Below, in pieces: positions 31,711 to 40,984 of a DNA stretch of 64,000 nucleotides (position 1 is its first letter; each line of letters starts with the position of its first letter). The notes below the pieces were generated by a model. It was not told where the DNA came from and made no database searches. It worked only from the letters and a program-made list of their open reading frames with translations. The DNA comes from a bacterium. Lineage in GTDB: Bacteria; Bacteroidota; Ignavibacteria; Kapaibacteriales; Kapaibacteriaceae. The stretch covers positions 12,566 to 76,565 of the forward strand of contig JAWXBR010000017.1 in assembly GCA_034440235.1 (NCBI GenBank). Direction: 5' to 3'. The translations under genes were made by a program, and so were the position numbers.

Positions 31711-31767
31711 AAACTAATCTCCGAACAGTTGAACATGAAAACGCGTACGCCACTTTGGCGTAAGCAT

Positions 31768-34700
31768 CTACGATGCGAATTGCGCACCTGCGCGCTCGAT
31801 CCGCACGCTGACATTTCGCCCGTTAATCTCGAGAAGCGTCCCAAAGGGACCTTCCCCCCGCTCGAGCGTATCGGCCAGCGTTTCCATTACAATCGAATTC
31901 CGCATGACATGCATTGCTTCCGTCACTTCCTCATCTGCTGCGAACGCAATATCTATACGGTCTGTCACCTCAAATCCAGAGTCCTTGCGGAACTTCTGAA
32001 CCTTACTAACGAACTCGCGTGCCAAGCCTTCCTGAATCAGCACACTGTCCAACTCCGTGTCAAGCGCAACCGTCACGCCATTATCCGAAGCAACCAACCA
32101 ACCTTCGATGTCCTGATTTACAATTTCCACGTCTTCGCGGTCAATCGAGACCGACTCACCGCCGACATGTACTTCCAGAACTAGAGATTGTTCGAGTTTG
32201 CGGACCTGTTCGTTATCCAACGATTTGATCGCCTGCGAAACCAGCTGTGTTTTGTCTCCATACTTCTTCCCGATGATCTTGAAGTTCGGTTTCGTTGAGC
32301 GTTGAACAATGTTCGTATCGTCCGATACATATTCAATGGCCTTTACGTTAATCTCTTCAAGAATGATGTCCTCGACCGTTTGAATTTGTCTACGCATCTG
32401 TGGACCATCGACCGGGAGAAGAATTCGACGCAGCGGTTGTCGCGTTTTGATCTTCGATTTCTCTCTCAAAGAACGTGCAAGGAAAACAATTGTCTGCGCT
32501 TGCTTCATCCGATACTCTAAGTCACTGTTGATAAGTGACGTATCGACCCCGCGCAATATACTACAATGAATGCTCAAATGTTCGTTGTGCAAACGTGCTC
32601 GTAGGAAAATCTGCTCGGCTAAAAACGGAGCGACGGGAGCGATGAGTTGCGCAGTGGTAACAATCACTTCGTGAAGGGTCTGATACGCTGCACGTTTGTC
32701 TTCGTCCATCTCCCCTTTCCAAAACCGTCGACGATTTCTTCGCACGTACCAATTCGAAACATCTTCGATTACAAACTCTTGAACAATCCTGCATGCCTTC
32801 GTTATGTCGTACGCATCCATGCTTTCGGTGTACGATTGAATGACGGTATTTAGTCGCGATAAAATCCAGTGATCGATTTCCGGACGTTCTGCGATTGGCA
32901 CGATGGGTTCTTCGCCAGTGAATCCATCGATACCAGCATACAGCGAAAAGAAACCATACGTGTTTACATAAGAACGGAATAAGTCTGCTAAGACAGTCCT
33001 GGCAACGTCGTCCTCATTGAAGTTGCGCGGCTTCCACGCTGGCGCGGCGGCCATCAAGTACCAACGGATTGCATCGGCGCCGTATTTGTCGAACAACACA
33101 AACGGGTCGAGGATGTTGCCTCTTGACTTGGACATCTTCTGTCCGTTTTTGTCGAGCAACATGTCATTCACAACTACATGTCTATACGCTGGCTTATCAA
33201 ACAGCGCCGTCGATATGTTGTGCATGGTATAAAACCATCCGCGCGTCTGATCGATTCCCTCTGCAATAAAATCGGCTGGAAATGACTTGTTAAACAATTC
33301 TACATTCTCGAATGGGTAATGGAATTGTGCAAAAGGCATCGTACCCGAATCGAACCATGCGTCGATGACTTCTTTTGTGCGACGATATTCGACGCCGTTT
33401 TTGACGAAGACAACGCGGTCGACGAACGGACGATGCAAATCGATGTCGATGGACAAGTTTTCCACAGGAACCTTCGAGCCGTCGTCCTGAACATAGAGTC
33501 CTTTCTTCAACTCATCAATCGATCCGACTGCGAACATGTCACTTCCATCTTCGCTCACCCAAATTGGTAATGGCGTTCCCCAATATCTATCGCGTGATAG
33601 TGACCATTCTTTTACTTCTTCGAGCCAATTACCAAAACGTCCAACACCAATTTCTTCAGGATGCCACGCAATGGTTTTATTCAACGCAACGAGTTGTTCT
33701 TTGTACTCAGGCGATTTTATAAACCACGAATCACGCGCGTAATAGATGACCGGATTGTCGGTTCGCCAGCAATGCGGATAGCTGTGCATGTAATCGAACG
33801 CAGCCTTGTATGCCTTGCCACCAATTTTTAATTCCTTGACGATGTCACGGTCCGCACCCTCTTCAAAAACGAATTCTTCGCCACCCTCTTTCGAAGGGTT
33901 AGGATACCTAAATGTCTTTACCGCACGACCCGCATAGTTCTTAATAACATCGGTGAACTTTCCTGTCGGCGTTACAGGCTGCACTACGGGCAGATTGAAT
34001 TGCTTTGCAATCTCGAAGTCATCCTGTCCGAAGGCAGGCGCGATGTGCACCACGCCAGTACCATCAGCCGTAGTCACAAACGATCCTGGTAACACATGCA
34101 GCACATTTGGATGTGCAGCAGTGTCGAGCACAACGTCTGTAAAGATCTGCTCGTATGTAGAGTTCACAATCTCGCTTCCGAGGAAACGCTCGAGCTCTTC
34201 CGTTTCGCCGTCGAGGATTTCAAGACGGGACTCAGCGAGCACGACGAGTTCTTCGACCTGTGCTGCACCAACAGTTCGTGTGTTACGCACGAGTACATAT
34301 GGAATGTCCGGACCCACTGCGAGTGCAACGTTTCCGAATAACGTCCAAGGCGTCGTTGTCCATACAAGAATAAAAGCCCCTTTGGCTTCGGCCCCTTGAC
34401 TAGTAGCATCCGCTGCTTGAGCAGTACCAATTGACTTTTTGTCGATGATGTTTTGAAGCGAAGCGATTGGCGATGACGTTAGGCGAAGCTTTAGGTAGAC
34501 ATTCGGGTCACGGACGTCTTTGTAGTTCAGCGAAAGTTCGTGCGACGACAACGGTGTGCCGAGGGTTGGCGATTGCGGAACAACCTTGAAGCCTTTGTAG
34601 ATGAGGTTCTTGTCGAAGAACTGCTTGAGTGCCCACCACACCGACTCGACATAATCGTTCGAACATGTGATGTACGGATTATCGAGATCGAGCCAATAAC

Positions 34701-35124
34701 CCATGCGTCGCGTAAGTGTGCGCCACCCCGTGTCGTGTGCGATGTTGTAATCGACGAGGGCTTTGCATGCAGCGTTGAATACATCAACGCCTAGGACTTC
34801 GATCTGTGCTTTATCGGTAATGCCAAGTTGCTTTTCTACAGCAAGCTCAACGGGGAGTCCGTGTGTATCCCAACCCGCCTTACGCGGCACATAAAACCCA
34901 CGCATGGTTTTATACCGACACATCGTGTCTTTAATGGTACGAGCAAACGCGTGGTGAATGCCAGGACTTCCATTAACCGTCGGAGGTCCTTCATTAAACG
35001 CAAACAGCTCGGCACCCTCGCGCTCCTTTAACGAAGCTGCAAAAACACCGTTGCTCTCCCAGTACTCAAGGATGTCTTGTTCGTGGCGGGGATAAGAGAA
35101 ATCGTCGGGAAGCGGTTCAAACAT
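31768..35124 (-). CDS. ileS: isoleucine--tRNA ligase (type 2)
   Basis: EGPP..NG.PGIHH, GWDTHGLP, WTTTPWT, EGIDQTRGWF, KMSKS. Confidence 0.98.
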   Translation of the reverse strand: MFEPLPDDFSYPRHEQDILEYWESNGVFAASLKEREGAELFAFNEGPPTVNGSPGIHHAFARTIKDTMCRYKTMRGFYVPRKAGWDTHGLPVELAVEKQLGITDKAQIEVLGVDVFNAACKALVDYNIAHDTGWRTLTRRMGYWLDLDNPYITCSNDYVESVWWALKQFFDKNLIYKGFKVVPQSPTLGTPLSSHELSLNYKDVRDPNVYLKLRLTSSPIASLQNIIDKKSIGTAQAADATSQGAEAKGAFILVWTTTPWTLFGNVALAVGPDIPYVLVRNTRTVGAAQVEELVVLAESRLEILDGETEELERFLGSEIVNSTYEQIFTDVVLDTAAHPNVLHVLPGSFVTTADGTGVVHIAPAFGQDDFEIAKQFNLPVVQPVTPTGKFTDVIKNYAGRAVKTFRYPNPSKEGGEEFVFEEGADRDIVKELKIGGKAYKAAFDYMHSYPHCWRTDNPVIYYARDSWFIKSPEYKEQLVALNKTIAWHPEEIGVGRFGNWLEEVKEWSLSRDRYWGTPLPIWVSEDGSDMFAVGSIDELKKGLYVQDDGSKVPVENLSIDIDLHRPFVDRVVFVKNGVEYRRTKEVIDAWFDSGTMPFAQFHYPFENVELFNKSFPADFIAEGIDQTRGWFYTMHNISTALFDKPAYRHVVVNDMLLDKNGQKMSKSRGNILDPFVLFDKYGADAIRWYLMAAAPAWKPRNFNEDDVARTVLADLFRSYVNTYGFFSLYAGIDGFTGEEPIVPIAERPEIDHWILSRLNTVIQSYTESMDAYDITKACRIVQEFVIEDVSNWYVRRNRRRFWKGEMDEDKRAAYQTLHEVIVTTAQLIAPVAPFLAEQIFLRARLHNEHLSIHCSILRGVDTSLINSDLEYRMKQAQTIVFLARSLREKSKIKTRQPLRRILLPVDGPQMRRQIQTVEDIILEEINVKAIEYVSDDTNIVQRSTKPNFKIIGKKYGDKTQLVSQAIKSLDNEQVRKLEQSLVLEVHVGGESVSIDREDVEIVNQDIEGWLVASDNGVTVALDTELDSVLIQEGLAREFVSKVQKFRKDSGFEVTDRIDIAFAADEEVTEAMHVMRNSIVMETLADTLERGEGPFGTLLEINGRNVSVRIERAGAQFAS

Positions 35125-35177
35125 GAAGGTCTAGCGTAGTTACAAAACGTCCCAAATTACGGAGCCTTCACGCATCA

Positions 35178-36719
35178 TCAACGCTGCTGCGCTACCAGCC
35201 TGACAATGAACGTCGTGCCCTTGCCGAGTTCGCTGATGACTTCGATTTCGCCGTCGTGGGCATCGACGATCCACTTGACGATAGCAAGGCCGAGGCCGGT
35301 GCCGTATACTTCTTTCGAGCGTGCTTTGTCGACCTGGTAGAATCGGTCGAAGATGAAGGGCAACTCATTTTCCGGAATGCCAATGCCCGTGTCGCTGACG
35401 GTTAACACTGCCTTGCCGTCGACGTATTCGAGTCCGACATGTACATCGCCACCCTCACGCGTATACTTCACGGCGTTTTCGATAATGTTTAGCAGCGCTT
35501 GTTGAATGTGAATCTTGTCGGCCATGACAAGTATGCCGGGCTGAATGTCGTAGTGAAGTTCGATGCGTTTTTTGTCGGCGAGAATCATGACGTCGTCGCA
35601 TACGTTTTCGACCATGGTGCTGTAGCGCACTTCTTCGCGCAAGAGAGTAACCTGACCCGAATCGGCGCGCGATAGTTCTAGCAGACCTTGCACGACCTGG
35701 TTCAATCGTTCAACTTCTTCGAGACAACTCACGAGCACCTTGTGTGCTTCTTCTGCTGTTAGGGGTCTGCGTAGTGCAAGCTCTAACTCCCCCATCATGA
35801 TGGCAAGGGGCGTACGCAGTTCGTGTGATGCATCGGATGTGAATTGCCGCACTTGCGCGAACGATGTTTCGAGACGCGCAATCATATCGTTGACGGTTTC
35901 TGTAAGGCGTCCGAGTTCGTCGTCCGTGCCCTGCTTCGGTAATCGAAGCGAAAGATTTTGTGCTGTGATCTGTCGGGCGGAGGATGTGATTTCGTCGACT
36001 GGACGCAGTGATCGTTTTGCTAAAAACCATCCCGATAACAACGACACCAGAAGTGCGGCTGGCATAGACCATAACATCACAGAGAAGAGTCCGCGTAACG
36101 TGCTGTCGAGTTCACTAGCTGGATATGCAGCAACCACTTCGACTTCGGTGCCGCGCAGAAGGACGATTCTGTAACGCTGACCTCGCAATGTGTAATACGT
36201 ATAGATGCGATTGTCGATTACCTGCGCACCCTGACGTTCGAAGTATGTAAAGCCCGGCAATGCCGTGTCGGCCTTCATTGCAGAATCGGTGAGCATGTTG
36301 TTCGATTTCCAAGCAATGCGGCTCGAACCATCACGAATCTGAAAAAGGAAGTTCGATGAGTTCAGTAGCATATGTTCGTACACGGCCGACCACACTGGGT
36401 CTTCCTCTACCTCTTCGCCAGCAATAGGCAGAATGGGTCCGACGAAGCGCGTCGACTCGCGGTTCAGGAATTCGAAGGCGTTCTTGGTGGCAACGGGACG
36501 TCGCTCGCGGCGGGCGGGAACGAGTGGACGTTTGGCTTGTTTGCGCTGCTGACGAATGACGGCTTCGAGCGAGGTGGCAGCACGCGACAGCGAGGCATCG
36601 AGGTTCTGGTACAACTCGGCCTGCACTGTTATATAGGTTGCCACAGCAAAGGCAAGGATGATGAGCACGACAAGCGTGCTGTACATAAGAGTGAGTCGCG
36701 CGCGAAGAGACAAGGGCAT
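35178..36719 (-). CDS. HAMP-domain sensor histidine kinase
   Basis: Two TM segments, HAMP, ASHELRTPL, ENAVKY, DTGIGI, GTGLGL. Confidence 0.93.
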   Translation of the reverse strand: MPLSLRARLTLMYSTLVVLIILAFAVATYITVQAELYQNLDASLSRAATSLEAVIRQQRKQAKRPLVPARRERRPVATKNAFEFLNRESTRFVGPILPIAGEEVEEDPVWSAVYEHMLLNSSNFLFQIRDGSSRIAWKSNNMLTDSAMKADTALPGFTYFERQGAQVIDNRIYTYYTLRGQRYRIVLLRGTEVEVVAAYPASELDSTLRGLFSVMLWSMPAALLVSLLSGWFLAKRSLRPVDEITSSARQITAQNLSLRLPKQGTDDELGRLTETVNDMIARLETSFAQVRQFTSDASHELRTPLAIMMGELELALRRPLTAEEAHKVLVSCLEEVERLNQVVQGLLELSRADSGQVTLLREEVRYSTMVENVCDDVMILADKKRIELHYDIQPGILVMADKIHIQQALLNIIENAVKYTREGGDVHVGLEYVDGKAVLTVSDTGIGIPENELPFIFDRFYQVDKARSKEVYGTGLGLAIVKWIVDAHDGEIEVISELGKGTTFIVRLVAQQR

Positions 36720-36747
36720 TCGTGAAAATAGCCCTGTATATTTGATA

Positions 36748-37707
36748 ATGGTAGCGACCGAAATGAAAATTGACAAACGACCCATCGGGGTGTTCGATTC
36801 GGGAATAGGCGGACTTAGCGTCCTGAAGCACGTTGTGCAGAAGCTTCCGGGTGAGCGATTTATCTATCTGGGCGACACCGCACGTGTGCCCTATGGCAAC
36901 CGTTCGGTCGATACAGTCAAGCTCTATTCACGTCAGTGTGCAGCCTTCCTCGAGCAGCACGACGTAAAAATGATTGTTGTTGCGTGCAACACGTCATCGG
37001 CAGTTGCTCTAGACGAATTGCGCGCACATTGTCACGTTCCCGTTCTTGGCGTAATCGAACCTGCGGCAGCAGAGGCTGTGCGCAGAACCCGCAACGGACA
37101 TATCGGCGTGGTGGGCACACGTGCGACGATTGCATCGAACGCATACGCCACATCTATTATGCACGCCGCTACTGCAGCTAGTGTTGCAGTTAACACGGCT
37201 ACGGGTGTTGCCAGCGGCAAAGCCGCAGGCACGAACAACGTGTTCGTGCATAGTCAGCCTTGCCCCCTGTTTGTGCCCCTTGTCGAAGAAGGCTGGCTCG
37301 ACACGCCTGCTACACGACTGATTGCTGAGGAGTATCTTCGTCCGCTCGTAGCAAACAAGATTGACACGTTGGTGCTTGGGTGTACACATTATCCGCTGCT
37401 GTCGCCGATGCTTCGCAGTATGTTGCCGGATGTTGTGCTTATCGATTGCGGTGCAAGTGTTGCCCTAGAGGCGCAGGCACTAAATAATGCTCAAGAGAAA
37501 AATGCTCAAGAAAATTCGGATGAAAACACATTAGCACATGAAAACGCAGCAGCACATGTAGTTTCAGCGACGCCAAAAGCCCCTTCACAAACGTATTTCT
37601 ATCTGACGGATAACACGCCCCAGTTTCAGCTCATAGCGCAACAGTTTTTAGGCACAACGGTGAATGAACCTGTGCGCGTAAGTGTTGACCATTTGATTGG
37701 AGTATAA
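36748..37707 (+). CDS. murI: glutamate racemase
   Basis: FDSGIGG, PYG, ACNT, GCTHYP. Confidence 0.96.
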   Translation: MVATEMKIDKRPIGVFDSGIGGLSVLKHVVQKLPGERFIYLGDTARVPYGNRSVDTVKLYSRQCAAFLEQHDVKMIVVACNTSSAVALDELRAHCHVPVLGVIEPAAAEAVRRTRNGHIGVVGTRATIASNAYATSIMHAATAASVAVNTATGVASGKAAGTNNVFVHSQPCPLFVPLVEEGWLDTPATRLIAEEYLRPLVANKIDTLVLGCTHYPLLSPMLRSMLPDVVLIDCGASVALEAQALNNAQEKNAQENSDENTLAHENAAAHVVSATPKAPSQTYFYLTDNTPQFQLIAQQFLGTTVNEPVRVSVDHLIGV

Positions 37708-37709
37708 CC

Positions 37710-38630
37710 ATGGTTACGTATCTCTTGCGGAAGGTGCTCTATGCGATACTCGTCCTCGTGGGCGTTATTGCAGTCACGTTCTTTATACGTCCGCCCGGCG
37801 ACCCGGCACGCGTACTGCTCGGACAGCGTGCAGATGAGCAGAGCATACGCGCACTGCGCGAGCAACTCGGACTCGATAAACCTCTGCCCGTGCAGATGGG
37901 ATACTACATGGTGAATCTGGTGCAGGGCGACATGGGACGTAGCATTGCCACAGGCCGATCGGTTACCGAAACAATCATGGAACGTTTGCCTGCTACGGCA
38001 TTGCTTGCATGTACATCGATGGCAATTGCAACGCTGTTAGGGATTGTACTCGGACTCGTTGCTGCATATAAACCGAACTCTTGGACAGATTCGCTAACGA
38101 TGTCCGTATCACTTCTCGGAATTTCATTGCCAGCATTTGTTGTTGGTCTGTTGCTCGTGTTGCTCTTCGGCGTGGTGCTCGAGTGGTTTCCCAATAGCGG
38201 TTACGTCGATCGAGGTGCAGAATATTTAGTGCTGCCGATGATCACACTTGCAATACGTCCGATGGCCATCATCGCACGTGTTACGCGCTCGAGTATGCTC
38301 GACGTGTTGGGTCAGGACTACGTCCGTACCGCCCGCGCCAAAGGCCTCAACAACTTCTCTGTCTACACAAAACACGCTCTTCGCAATGCGCTTAACCCTG
38401 TTGTTACAACGGTGAGTGCATGGTTCGCAGGATTGCTTGCTGGTACGTACTTCATCGAATACATTTTTAGTTGGCCCGGCGTCGGACTCACCGCGTTTAA
38501 TGCAATCGAAAAACTCGACTTCCCCGTTATTCAAGGCACTGTTCTCTTAACCGCAATTGTATTTGTTGTTGTGAACGTGTTCGCCGATCTTCTGTATGCC
38601 TACATCGACCCGAAGGTCCGTCTTAACTAA
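37710..38630 (+). CDS. dppB: peptide ABC transporter permease (DppB/OppB)
   Basis: PGDP, GLDKP, DYVRTARAKG, DLLYAYIDP. Confidence 0.9.
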   Translation: MVTYLLRKVLYAILVLVGVIAVTFFIRPPGDPARVLLGQRADEQSIRALREQLGLDKPLPVQMGYYMVNLVQGDMGRSIATGRSVTETIMERLPATALLACTSMAIATLLGIVLGLVAAYKPNSWTDSLTMSVSLLGISLPAFVVGLLLVLLFGVVLEWFPNSGYVDRGAEYLVLPMITLAIRPMAIIARVTRSSMLDVLGQDYVRTARAKGLNNFSVYTKHALRNALNPVVTTVSAWFAGLLAGTYFIEYIFSWPGVGLTAFNAIEKLDFPVIQGTVLLTAIVFVVVNVFADLLYAYIDPKVRLN

Positions 38631-38637
38631 TGAATCC

Positions 38638-38753
38638 CATGACCAACTTTGTTAAGGGGCCGCAAGCATGAGCAACTTTGTTAAGGGGCCGCAAGCATGA
38701 GCAACTCTGGTAAGGGGCAAGAAGCATGAGCAACTCTGGTAAGGGGCAAGAAG
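38638..38753 (+). repeat. four 29-bp tandem repeats over the dppC start
   Basis: catga(c/g)caactttgttaaggggccgcaag x2, then catgagcaactctggtaaggggcaagaag x2. Confidence 0.92.
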
Positions 38754-39787
38754 GGGGCGAAAGCCTTTGGTACGTTGCGTGGCGCAGACTTCGCAAAAAT
38801 CCGGGTGCAATCTTCGGCATGACGGTGCTTGCAATTATGATTGTGATGGCGGTGGCTGCACCAATCATTACTCCGTTCGACCCAACAACGCAGATTCTCG
38901 AATACGCAGTAAAGCCTGCTGGTTTTAGGGGTAACGTGTTATTAAAGAAGAATCCATCGGATGTAGATCAGCCTTCGATTGTTGCGGTGTCTACGTGGGA
39001 GCAACGTGGTGATACGGTGTTCTACACCGACCCAGCAGGTCAGCCGTACAAGGTTGCTGTGTCGGCGTTGCAAGGCACAAGCGCAAGCGACTGGCATGAA
39101 GAGCCGCTGTTTCTGTTGGGCACCGATCGGTTCGGACGCGACATGTTTAGTCGGCTCGTGTACGGTATGCGCGTATCGTTAAGTGTTGGTCTTATCGCAG
39201 AATCGATTGCGTTGTCGATTGGCATTCTGCTCGGCTCGTTGGCGGGCTTCTATAGAGGATGGATAGACGACGTTATCATGTGGCTTGTAAATGTTGTGTG
39301 GTCGTTCCCGACAATTCTTCTCGTCATTGCATTCAGCGTCATCCTCGGCAAAGGTTATTGGCAAACGTTTGTTGCCATTGGATTATCGTCGTGGGTAGAC
39401 ATTGCACGTATCGTGCGAGGTCAGTTCTTCTCTATCCGCGAACAGGAATACGTCGAAGCAACACGAGCGTTGGGTTTCGGTTCGATGCGTACGATTTTTA
39501 GGCACATGCTTCCGAATGCCGCCGGACCAATTATTGTGTTATCGACGGCTGGGTTTGCAACGGCCATTATTGCCGAAGCATCACTTTCGTTCATAGGCCT
39601 TGGCGTTCAGCCCCCTACCCCATCATGGGGTCAGATGATTAAAGACGGTTACGGCTACATCGCTCTAGGTACTAATTGGGGAATGACAGTCTTCCCGAGT
39701 ATCGCCATGGCGCTTGCGGTGTTGTCGCTGAATTTGTTTGGTGACGGACTTCGCGACGCACTCGACCCGAAGACAACACAGCGATGA
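38726..39787 (+). CDS. dppC: peptide ABC transporter permease (DppC/OppC)
   Basis: LGTDRFGRD, EYVEATRALG, PPTPSWG, GDGLRDALDP. Confidence 0.9.
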   Translation: MSNSGKGQEGGESLWYVAWRRLRKNPGAIFGMTVLAIMIVMAVAAPIITPFDPTTQILEYAVKPAGFRGNVLLKKNPSDVDQPSIVAVSTWEQRGDTVFYTDPAGQPYKVAVSALQGTSASDWHEEPLFLLGTDRFGRDMFSRLVYGMRVSLSVGLIAESIALSIGILLGSLAGFYRGWIDDVIMWLVNVVWSFPTILLVIAFSVILGKGYWQTFVAIGLSSWVDIARIVRGQFFSIREQEYVEATRALGFGSMRTIFRHMLPNAAGPIIVLSTAGFATAIIAEASLSFIGLGVQPPTPSWGQMIKDGYGYIALGTNWGMTVFPSIAMALAVLSLNLFGDGLRDALDPKTTQR

Positions 39788-39833
39788 GTACGGCTAATCA
39801 GTCATCATACCAGTCAACACTATCGACGCAACG

Positions 39834-40895
39834 ATGATTGATGCGATGATTAAATCTGGTGTCTATCCGCCAGTGCTTTTGTTGTTTGGTGAAGAGGAAT
39901 TACTCGTCGACGAAGCAGCGCGCAACATCTATGCTGCGGCAACTGCTGATGACTTGAGCGGCATGAATAACGACGCTCTCGAAGGCGAAGGTATGTCGCT
40001 CGACGCCATTCTCATGATCGCACGCTCGTTCCCGATGATGGGCGACCGTCGTGTGGTGTGGGTGCGTCGGTTCGATAAAGTCATAGGAGCAAAAGATAAA
40101 AAAGGCAACGATCTTATGGCGGCGTATATGAAGTCGCCGTCCGAGTCGACGTTTCTATTGCTTACGGCGTCGCTGTCGAGCATTGACGGACTCCAGGCAT
40201 CGATGCAAAAAAGTGCAGCAACAGCACAACGTAAAATCGCTGCACAAAAGCCTCCGATCGGAGCATTGTTAAAGAGTGCGAAGTGGCACGAGTTTCCTCG
40301 CATGCGCGAAGCGCAAGTGCGTACGTGGGTACGGGCGCGGGGGACTGCAATCGGACTCGCCATTGACGATGGCGCAATCGATTTTCTTTTGCTGCGATGT
40401 GGCACGCAACTGCGCGACCTTGCGCTCGAGCTCGACAAGCTCAAGACGTATGTTGGCGATCGCACTGCAGCAACACTCGACGACATTAATGCGATTGTTG
40501 GTGCGGGCAAGACGTACAACATCTTCGAACTGCAACGTGCAATCGGACGTGCCGATGTATCGAATGCGTACACCATCCTCACGCGCATGATGGAAGCCGA
40601 GCGTCAGGAAATGCTCATCATCGCAATGCTCACGCGCTACTTCCTCGCACTCTTCAAGCTCACCGACCTGCGAGGTTCTACCGACCGCGCAGACGTTGCA
40701 AAGCGCGCAGGCATCCCCATGTTTGCCGTCGGAGATCACATGGAAGCACTCGACCGACTTGGCGCGGCGCGTGTCGAACGCGCCCTTATGCTGCTTGTTA
40801 AAGCCGACGCAACTATCAAGTCGTCTTCGTCCGACGCACTCACCGTACTTCAGACGGCCCTATCGCAAATCCTCGAACCCGTCACCGCTCGATAG
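39834..40895 (+). CDS. holA: DNA polymerase III subunit delta
   Basis: LLFGEEELL, FPMMGDRRVV, ELDKL, YNIFEL. Confidence 0.9.
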   Translation: MIDAMIKSGVYPPVLLLFGEEELLVDEAARNIYAAATADDLSGMNNDALEGEGMSLDAILMIARSFPMMGDRRVVWVRRFDKVIGAKDKKGNDLMAAYMKSPSESTFLLLTASLSSIDGLQASMQKSAATAQRKIAAQKPPIGALLKSAKWHEFPRMREAQVRTWVRARGTAIGLAIDDGAIDFLLLRCGTQLRDLALELDKLKTYVGDRTAATLDDINAIVGAGKTYNIFELQRAIGRADVSNAYTILTRMMEAERQEMLIIAMLTRYFLALFKLTDLRGSTDRADVAKRAGIPMFAVGDHMEALDRLGAARVERALMLLVKADATIKSSSSDALTVLQTALSQILEPVTAR

Positions 40896-40968
40896 GCATG
40901 TGCATACTCGAATAGATCGCGGCGCCATAGACATGTGCATACTCGGACCGGTCACCGCGCCATAGGCA
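40872..40968. repeat. ~3 imperfect 35-bp copies of the holA 3' end
   Basis: ctcgaacccgtcaccgctcgataggcatgtgcata / ctcgaatagatcgcggcgccatagacatgtgcata / ctcggaccggtcaccgcgccataggca. Confidence 0.75.
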
Positions 40969-40984
40969 GACGTATATTTGCTGC

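Noticed and set aside
31455-32184. Arg/Gln-rich and Leu/Cys-rich ORFs
   Set aside because: These are alternative-frame and antisense shadows of the AKK repeats and ileS.
35140-35178. Micro-ORF MMREGSVIWDVL* after the kinase as a relay to ileS
   Set aside because: It starts on the kinase stop but ends 15 nt short of ileS; too weak to count.
38638-38753. 29-bp repeats as a CRISPR array
   Set aside because: The units are contiguous with no spacers, and there are no cas genes in the window.
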